Of a stretch of DNA of 64,000 nt, positions 54,890-64,000 are shown piece after piece. The translations under genes were made by a program, and so were the position numbers. Each line of letters opens with the position of its first letter. Positions within the stretch are counted from its first letter, which is position 1. The notes under the pieces are model-generated. The model ran no database searches. It worked only from the letters and a program-made list of their open reading frames with translations, and was not told where the DNA came from. Origin of the DNA: Eledone cirrhosa (taxonomy: Eukaryota); NCBI GenBank assembly GCA_964016885.1, contig OZ024743.1, forward strand, positions 244,342,001 through 244,406,000, written 5' to 3'.

Positions 54890-56745
54890 ATTTATAAATT
54901 TAGGAATTTATAAATTTTCGGTTGGTTGGTTGGTTCCACAACCAGACGGTTGTTTATATATTGTCAAAGTTCTTTCGTCACACATCCTGTGACCTCTTCA
55001 GTGACTGGGGATTCTTTTCTTTGTTTCTGTGCCTCTCCTTTGTTCTGTCCTACGCCATCTTGTTTCTGTGTGTCTGTTGTGTGCGCATGCGCCACATCCG
55101 GGTGTCTGTGTGTGTTTATATTCGTTTATTTATTTGTTTATTTACATGTTACAGGTTGGTTGTTTGTTCTATGTGCGTGTGTGTTTTCATTTTGTCCTTA
55201 ATTGTAAGTTGTGATGTTGCTGTTCCACTCATGTTTTCTATTTAATTTTGGTTGTAATTCTTTTATGTTTATTGCCTCTGTGATTTGTTTAAACATTGCG
55301 TCTTTTCTGTGTGTAGATTCTATTTTTATTTCTATGTTCTCTAATTTACCCTTATGTTCTATTTTAGCATGTTGGTAGAGTACAGAGGATTCTTTACTAT
55401 CTTGAAGGTCTCGCCAGTGTTCATTTATCCGTTCCCCTACACTACGAGCTGTCTCACCTATGTACACTATGTTTTTGTCTATACATTGTCCTTCAGTACA
55501 TCTTATGCTATATACTACATTTCTAGTTTTACAGTTAATATGGGGGCTTAATTTACAGGTTATACATTTCTTATCTATACGGGGGGGGGGTCTTTGAAAA
55601 GGGTATGTCTTGCTAATAAGTGTTTTTACGGAGGTACCTGGTCTTTCTACTATCTTAATATTGAGTTTATGTTTATCTAGGGCCCTTCAAAATTTGTAAA
55701 CTAATTCACCTCTAGGGTTTGTATCGATGAACATTACACTCTGGTATTTATTGCTATCATACCATGAGTTTATTCTATTGGCCTTGTTCCTAGTTCTTTC
55801 TATTCTATTCCAAAATTTGCTCCTATACAAGGGGCAGGTCCCATTTGTGTCATTATTTACCATTTTTTCCCATTTGGTTCTGGCTCCTCTATACACTCTG
55901 ATTTTATCTCTCTGATTGTAACCAGAGAACTGCATACGGTGGATGAAGTGTTGTATGTGTCTCTCTAGTTCTTCGGGGTTGCACATGCGGGACACGTTTC
56001 TCATCACCCGTACCAAATCCGCAATCAGTGTGTTAATTTTGGTATGGTCCGAATCAGCTGAGTTTCGGTGGATCAGATATTTGGAAGTCATGGGTTTGGC
56101 ATAATGGGAATGGGGGATTTGTTTTTTGTTATTAATGGTATCTAACCAGAGCTCTGTGTCTAGTACAGGTAATCGATGGTTGGGGTGTTTACTTGGGTAG
56201 TCTATAGTAACTCTAATACTCTGATGGATGGAGTTAGCTATTTGCTGGATGCTTTCCATTGTGTTTTTCTCTAATTCCTGACTGTTATCTAGAGGGGGTG
56301 TTTTAACTACGATGTTTATATCATCAACGTAGCGGGAGTACATTATCAGGGTTAAGGGGTCTTCTAATTGTTCTTTAAGTTTAAGTTTAAGTCTATTGTC
56401 CCACCATACCATGAATAAGTTAGCTATGTCGCCTGCAATGCTAACACCAATGGCTGCTCCTTCCTCTTGGGCATATGTTTTTCCATGAAATTTGAACATA
56501 TGTTCCTTAAGGGTTAATTTTATGCTGGCCGCCACCGCATGTGCAATCATTTTCTTTAGTTCATCGTGGTTTTCGGGTGTCCGTATGGCTCTGGTCCACC
56601 CGTTCCATCTATCTGTGTGGGTTTTCTTGGCCATTGAGGTAATGGTAGGTGGTCTGCCTATTGCTGGTCTTGTAGGGCACAGGTTGCTAAGGTCATAGGT
56701 GTCTAGGTAATTATTACTATAGGTAAGTTTAAGTAGGAGTCCCAT
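54890..56745 (-). mobile_element. Penelope-like retroelement of a second clade (probably Nematis-like), 5'-truncated
   Basis: RT: [53 protein letters not shown]; GIY-YIG: YIGETARSVGERINEH...EAINI...LNRKHEW; hammerhead in the 3' UTR. The clade name is from memory. Confidence 0.9.
54963..55005 (-). ncRNA. Minimal type I hammerhead ribozyme
   Basis: GTCA-CTGAAGA-G-GTCAC(AGGATGT)GTGAC-GAAA-GAAC-TT-TGAC. Confidence 0.85.
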
Positions 56746-56932
56746 ATATCTATGTATATATATGTATATGTATGTATATACATGTATATATGTATATGTA
56801 TGTATATACATGTATATATGTATATGTATGTATATACATGTATATATGTATACATCTATATATGTATGTATATACATGTATATATGTATATATATGTATG
56901 TATATATATGTATATATGTATGTATATATATG

Positions 56933-56967
<35 letters not shown>

Positions 56968-57122
56968 GTATATATATATGTATGTATATACATGTATATA
57001 TGTATATATATATATGTATGTATATATATATGTATGTATATACATGTATATATGCATTTATATATGTATATATGACTATACATATGTATGTATATATGTA
57101 TGTATATACATGTATATATACC

Positions 57123-57519
57123 CCTTAGCCTTTGTCAAGGCAGAATTCTAGGAGAAGGAAAACTCTGATATAACACCTGCAACCTTGATGGTATCCAATG
57201 ATGTTGACTTGTTCTTCTTTTTGGTAAATATCATCTTGGTTAAGAGAGTGTGACTGGCTTTGTGCAGTGCCTTTGCTCACTATAAAAGCTTTACGGCACA
57301 GGCATTGCTTTATTTCTGGAGATCTCTCTGCACTTGTCGTCACATGGTACCATGAGCCCAGCACTATGTCTCAGTAATTGTCACAAGTGTAGTGTTTGTA
57401 CCAGAGTGTTCAAGTCGCTGGCTGGACTAAAAAGTCACACTTGTTCAGCGCATCAGTAGGGGTTCTCCTACATGGATATAAAGTAGTGGCCGTACTCGAA
57501 AACGAGTTGGCAGCCACCA
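57123..57519 (+). mobile_element. Second copy (5'-truncated) of the RTE-related element at 161-712
   Basis: Reverse complement of ~161-556; embedded in (TATG)n. Confidence 0.8.
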
Positions 57520-57942
57520 TATACATGTATATATGACTATACATATGTATGTATATATGTTTAATATATATATGTATATATGCATATATATATGTATATA
57601 TATATATGTATGTATATATGTATATATATATATATGTATGTATATATGCATATATATATATGTATATATATATGTATGTATATATGCATATATATATGTA
57701 TATATATATGTATGTATATATGTATATATATATGTATGTATATATGCATATATATATGTCTATATATGCATATATATATATGTATGTATATATGTATAAT
57801 GTATATATGTATGTATATATGTATAATATATATATGTATATATGCATGTATATATGTATGCATATATATATATATATATGTATATATGCATATATATATG
57901 TATATATGCATATATTGAAAACTTGACTGTCACCACTGAATA

Positions 57943-57981
57943 TGAACCTGAAGATTGCGAAAGTATGAAAATACTTGTTCA
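57943..57981 (+). ncRNA. Minimal type I hammerhead ribozyme on a ~140-bp insert (57916-58055) between TA tracts
   Basis: TGAAC-CTGAAGA-TTGC(GAAA)GTAT-GAAA-ATAC-TT-GTTCA; perfect 5-bp stem I. Confidence 0.7.
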
Positions 57982-58070
57982 ATTAACATTTAACATTTAA
58001 TATTCTACTGTAAATAAAACGAGTAAATCAGAAAAAGCTGGAATTCCTTTTATTAATATATATATATATA

Positions 58071-58905
58071 TGCAAAAGTTTTATTTAAGATTGTTGGGTT
58101 ACAACGAGTAAATATTTTATAACTGATATAAAAGCACTCAACAGTTTCTAGAGTAGGTTTACGATATTAAACAAATGGAAACTATATTTATAAAACCATA
58201 TTTATTTCGTTATATATATTTCTGGGATATCATATTAAAAATATGGTATGCCTTCCTCAGACAAAATACAATACATAAGCTGTTTTATAAATAATTAGTG
58301 ACATACCTTGTGATAATGCAACTTCCATTTAAAAAGTTGATTTGGTAGTGAAACTGTTATGACAGTTATATAGAAAGAAAAACGAAGATGAGAAGAAGAA
58401 GATGAAGAGATGTATGTAAATAAAAAAAGAAGATGAAGAGATGTATGTAAATAAAAAAAGAAGATGAAGAGATGTATGTAAAGAAAAACAACGGAGCGAG
58501 ACAGAGAGACAAGGAGAGAGAGAAACACATTGAGGAGGTGAAAAATATAGTAGGCTGCTTTTGGACAGATGATCATCGTATATGTGAGAGGTTAAGGGAA
58601 GGGATACAGTTAAACTAGTGTATAGGAGAAAAAGAAAGAAATATATTAAAAATATATTATGTCTCATCCATTTGAATTATCAATTTTTATGAATTAGGTA
58701 TTATAATGTAAATATCAGTATTCATGAATGAGACACATATCCATAATTGCATTATTACAAGGTATGCCACTAATTATTTATAAAACAGCTTATGTATTGT
58801 ATTTTGTCTGAGGAAGGCATACCATATTTTTAATATGATATCCCAGAAATATATATAACGAAATAAATATGGTTTTATAAATATAGTTTCCATTTGTTTA
58901 ATATC

Positions 58906-58908
<3 letters not shown>
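58071..58908. mobile_element. Second head-to-head inverted hammerhead cassette
   Basis: 162-bp arms 58160-58321 / 58747-58908 (about two mismatches); 425-bp spacer with a 30-bp tandem repeat; (TA)n at both ends. Confidence 0.85.
58800..58865 (+). ncRNA. Type I hammerhead ribozyme (mirror copy 58203-58268 on -)
   Basis: TATTTTGT-CTGAGGA-AGGCATACCATAT..ATATGATATCCCA-GAAA-TATATA-TA-ACGAAATA. Confidence 0.75.
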
Positions 58909-59002
<94 letters not shown>

Positions 59003-59082
59003 TATATGTATAAGTATATGTATATATATATATATAGGTATGTGTGTGTATATATATATATATGTATATATATATATAGGTA

Positions 59083-59113
<31 letters not shown>

Positions 59114-60254
59114 CGGGAACCTTATAGGCACTCGTTTTATGTGTGTTGTGTTGAGGCATATAACTATATGTATACTCTGGTAATGTATCTTACATTGCCC
59201 ATTGAGTGCGCTGAGATACAACCGGTACTGGCATTGATAAATATGGTGGGTCCGTCGACCCTTATTATATATATATATATATATTTATATATGGTCGGAG
59301 TGGAGATGTGACATTTTTTTTAGAAATCATGACACACACATTCCATGTAGAGTTACAAAGATCCTCTACTGGTGTTTACTTTTGTTTAATCCAGGATCTG
59401 ATATGACTGAGCAAAGAACAAAGATGTTCCATTCGTGACCGTATTGCCTGCTTCTCTGGCATAATGTACCTAGTGATATAACATTCCAATATGTCCTTTT
59501 CTTTAACAATGCTTTCTTTCAAGTTGGTTCTGACTTACTTCAGAGAGGCCAACGTTGCTCTTTCATTTTTTCTGGGTCGATAAAACAAAGTACTGATCCA
59601 GAGTGGAATTCTTAAAGCATTGAATGAGATACCTCGTGGTATTTGCTATGGATGCTGGCATTCTGAGTTTAAATTCCGTTGCTTCTTGGTTGTGTGATAG
59701 ACTAAATCCGTAATCTGGTTTAATACTACCACCTCTCTCTTGGGCATAATTTGTGGAGACCACTCTGTTGCAAGTATGCAGGTCATGTCTCCTTTTCATG
59801 ATACCTCATATCATCCGTTCTTCTACCGGTATGTAAAAGGTCTTAGTCGCAAGCCTTCCCTCTTTGACTAAACTTCATAATCATCATATATCGTCTGCTT
59901 TCTGTAGTAAAAAAAAAATTAAAATAAAAGGTTCAGACTTCTATTGATGACAGGATAAGTTGGCGATGTAACATCAGCAACATCACAAACATCGCCAGTA
60001 CGTTATATATAACCCCATGTGTTAACAGTGCATAAAGTAATATTGCTCAAGCTGTTTATTTATCTGCCCGAACCCCTACCCGCCTTGCTGCCATTATAAC
60101 ATTATGTGACGGTTTCATGTATCACAATATCAATCCACTACGCAATGCCATCTGGAAACACACGATACAAACGTCAAGAAATATATTTGCACACATTCGC
60201 TCACGCACAGAGACCCATACGACCTAACATATGTACGTGCATGTGCGTCTGTAT

Positions 60255-60255
60255 A

Positions 60256-60300
<45 letters not shown>

Positions 60301-60332
60301 ATATGTATATATATATATATATATACTGTATA

Positions 60333-60388
<56 letters not shown>

Positions 60389-60438
60389 CATATATATGTG
60401 TGTATATGTATATATATATATATATATATACATATACA

Positions 60439-60471
<33 letters not shown>

Positions 60472-60904
60472 CTATATATATATATATATATATATACAAT
60501 ACATATATACAATATATATATATACATATACAATATATATATATATATACATATACAATATATATATATATATATATACATATACTGAATATATATACAC
60601 ATATATAGTATATATATATACACATGTACAGTATATATATACACACATATACAGTATATATATATATATACACATATACAGTATATATATATATACACAT
60701 ATACAGTATATATATATATACACATATACAGTGTATATATATATACACATATACAGTATATATATATACACATATACAGTATATATATATACACATATAC
60801 AGTATATATATATATACACATATACAGTATATATATATACACATATACAGTATATATATATATATATATACACATATACAGTATATATATATACACATAT
60901 ACAG

Positions 60905-60940
<36 letters not shown>

Positions 60941-60966
60941 GTATATATATATATACACATATACAG

Positions 60967-61000
<34 letters not shown>

Positions 61001-61097
61001 GAGTATATATATATACACATATACAGTATATATATATATATATGTGTGTATATATATATATAAACATATACACTATATATATATATATATATATATA
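60255..61097. repeat. (TA)n-derived minisatellite with CACATATACAG units
   Basis: Directly visible. Confidence 0.95.
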
Positions 61098-61312
61098 ATG
61101 TGTGGGTGTATTTGTCCTATTTTTTTTTTTATTTATTACATTATACCAACGCAGCACACTGCACTTTCATATCAATGACTTTGTTTTACAATTATTAACT
61201 GTGACCAGATACTCCTTTCTCCTCTTATATCCTGTTTTCTGCAAGGCCTGCTAGGGGCTACTTCACATTCTTTCTACTCGCGTCTACACATGCAACTGGG
61301 AGCATCCTTTTT

Positions 61313-61461
61313 TTCTGTCTGTCCTTAAGGGACTTTTCTTCCTTCTGTCTGTCCTTAAGGGACTTTTCTTCCTTCTGTCTGTCCTTAAGGGACTTTTCTT
61401 CCTTCTGTCTGTCCTTAAGGGACTTTTCTTCCTTCTGTCTGTCCTTAAGGGACTTTTCTTC
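61313..61461. repeat. 30-bp tandem repeat x5
   Basis: Identical TTCTGTCTGTCCTTAAGGGACTTTTCTTCC units with no spacers. Confidence 0.95.
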
Positions 61462-62157
61462 TTTTCTATTGCATTGTAGTTACTATGTTGTCTGTGGGAC
61501 TCCCCTATATCTAACGACTGGTTGTTTGACCTTTGTATCACGACCCTTCTATTCCTCTATGCCAATGATTTTTTCCCAGGTATTTTATGTTTACCTGTCT
61601 ATCAGTTTATCAGTTCTCTCTCAGATTTGTCTCTGTGTTGTCCTCCTGTTGCTCAATTTTAGCCAACATGCGTGCTTTTATGTTGTATTTTCGGACGTCA
61701 TCTGACCTATTTTTGGTATTAACGTTGTGGTAGAACTCAAAGCTTGGGTTTACTGACCTTGCAACAACAAAAAAAAACAAAAAAACGTAGGTCTTGAATA
61801 ATCGGCTCGTGATTGAAAACGTTCGTAATGTTTATTCTGTTTACCTGTTGCTTTTTTTTTATCGGTTTGTATTTTGCCACGTCTATTTCATTGCATTTGT
61901 TTTTTGTCTTGTTTTTCTTTTGCTATATCACATTACACAAAAGCAACATGGTATTCTTTCACCTCCCTGACTTAGGTTCACTGTATGCCAAAACGGTCGA
62001 GATGACTCTTTAGTTATGTCAAGATATGACTAACTCCCAAATGCTGGTGCCACGATTAAATATACCCGGTGTACCTGGTTGAGTGCTGAAGTATATTTAA
62101 ACGATGTGACGACCTATCCAACCTTTGCCAGCAGGGAAAACGAACATTAAATAATAA

Positions 62158-62199
<42 letters not shown>

Positions 62200-63256
62200 G
62201 TGTGTGTGTGTAAATAAAACCGTTATTGCTCCAAACAGTTCGCAAACACCCTAACCGGAATACTAACCTGTACTCATGACTTCTGCCAAACCAAACCGTA
62301 CTCCATCTACCCAGTTTCTCTCAGATCATACCTTATTGCCATAAACAAAGGGCGCATACGATTATGTAGTCTTAGGCATGCAAAAAAGACGGAGAATGAG
62401 TCGAACCGAAGTTGTAGCAAATGACCCTTGAGGGGTTGGAGGGAATCAGGGACCTAACGATTGTGAAACGAGCTTCTTGACAATTTGGCTATTCTGTGGC
62501 CACAAATAATTCGACAGATTTTATTCAAAATACTATACATATATAATTTGCTGAATCAGGTAGTCAAATAAAAGGAAAAGGAAATGAGAATCTGACCGTC
62601 AGATTGGACCAATAAAAATAATATTTCTATTAGCCTTTGCATTGCTTATACTATCTGGCAGAAGAAGCAACATGGAATAAAGCATTTGGCTCAAGAACAT
62701 AACGCATTATTCGGTCTAGGAATTGAACCCACGATTTTATGATCGTAACACCCAAACAACTAGGCCAGAGCTAGATAAAAATGTATAATGCAATCAAACT
62801 ACTTGTTTGTCGCCATATATTAGGAACACTGGTGTCTAGTAACTGGTAATATCTACGAAGTCATTGGACTCTTTAAATATTTTAATATTAAATCTTAAGA
62901 GTGTTTAAGTAACTTTACACTGTAGGAATCATTTAAATAATAAAAATATAAAATAAACTTCTGATTATAAATGTTTAGAAGAGTTCTAGTGTAATGTTGG
63001 TGTATATTTTTGTAGAGAAATAAAAGTTCAAAACAATGTCTGAGTACTTTGAATGTATTTTGTATTCATTTGTTTTTCTATTATTTTTATCGTGTTGACA
63101 AACCCTTTTCAGTCTGTACATGTTCATAACAGATTGTTCTTAAAAACTGATGAAGACTTTGTAGTATGATTGATATCGAATTTAAATGGACATCCGTCGA
63201 TATGAGGCTATTGTACACAGTTATATTAGATTCACACTTGGTGGAAGTGGAGGAGG

Positions 63257-63292
63257 TTTCAACGTTTCGGACATAAGCCCTTCATCGGGAAA
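63257..63292 (-). ncRNA. Hammerhead variant with U4-to-C core change
   Basis: TTTC-CCGATGA-A-GGGC(TTAT)GTCC-GAAACGTT-GAAA; stems covary with 45518-45553. Confidence 0.7.
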
Positions 63293-63543
63293 GTTCGGAT
63301 AAGAGGAGAACAGGAACCCCGAGAGGGACCATGGAGAGAAGTTATAAAGTAAAAAATACAGTATAATGATAAAAATTTATATATATATATATAAATTAAT
63401 ATTTGATGAACATTTACATGTTATAGTTGCAATTGACTAATAAGATCGCTAGAGTGAAAAATCTTAATTCAACAACATAAGGTCTGCCTGTACGATCTAG
63501 AAAATAATAAATCAATACTCACAGACTCATATGGGCAAAAAGC

Positions 63544-63610
<67 letters not shown>

Positions 63611-63648
63611 GTGTCAATAAGAATTGCAGCTTTTTGTAAACTTTATTA

Positions 63649-63735
63649 CATATTACAATTTGTTTCCATATTGATCAGCTCAGATTTGACCATGTGATCG
63701 GATCCTGACTCTTAATCGACACTTCTTCAGATATG
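63649..63735 (-). ncRNA. Type I hammerhead ribozyme with long stem II
   Basis: CATAT-CTGAAGA-[~55 nt imperfect hairpin]-GAAA-CAAATTG-TA-ATATG, then AATAAA and (TA)n. Confidence 0.65.
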
Positions 63736-64000
63736 AGAGTTTACATGGGTGGTCCTATACATATATACAGTTGTGGTTACAAACGAAATAAAAGTAATCA
63801 ATCAACATAATGTGGAAGTTGAATAATCTTATTAACAGTTTGATTCCACGATAGCAGCGGTTTTCAAGATGAAAATATCTAAATCATCAAGGGCATTGTC
63901 TATTTATACATACGTATATATAAATATACGCAGACAAGGCCAAGTAGTTAAGAAGTTCTCTACACAGTCAGGAGGTTCGGTCACATTGCGCGACTTCTTA

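Noticed and set aside
56746-57519. RTE-related element as the 5' end of the adjacent Penelope ORF
   Set aside because: It is separated by a microsatellite, has the opposite inferred orientation, and occurs independently at 161-712.
61313-61461. CRISPR-like 30-bp repeat with a small internal hairpin
   Set aside because: Units are contiguous with no unique spacers, there are no cas genes, and the context is eukaryotic.

Overview
AT-rich, microsatellite-saturated animal genomic DNA. The repeat landscape (tRNA-headed SINEs, huge (TA)n/(TATG)n/(CA)n tracts) suggests a coleoid cephalopod such as Octopus; this is an inference. One host coding exon is supportable: the first coding exon of a mitochondrial-clan cytochrome P450 (33491-34543, +) with an unusually long Ser/Thr-rich N-terminus; no later exon was found, so the intron probably runs past the window end. 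The rest is mostly mobile DNA: two divergent decayed Tx1/L1-type LINEs, two Penelope-like elements (RT + GIY-YIG), a Tc1/mariner remnant, CRE, RTE and old LINE fragments, several MITEs and many SINEs. Three less obvious signals stand out. (1) Nine type I hammerhead ribozyme motifs with intact cores plus several decayed ones, mostly on short inserts in (TA)n tracts; four of them sit in two head-to-head inverted cassettes with the same ~88-89 nt asymmetric tail. (2) A covarying 3' stem-loop and (ATT)n tail shared by the Tx1-type LINEs and the dominant SINE, with stacked insertions in (TAA)n. (3) A chimeric junction in one LINE RT. Coordinates were read by eye and may be off by a few bases.
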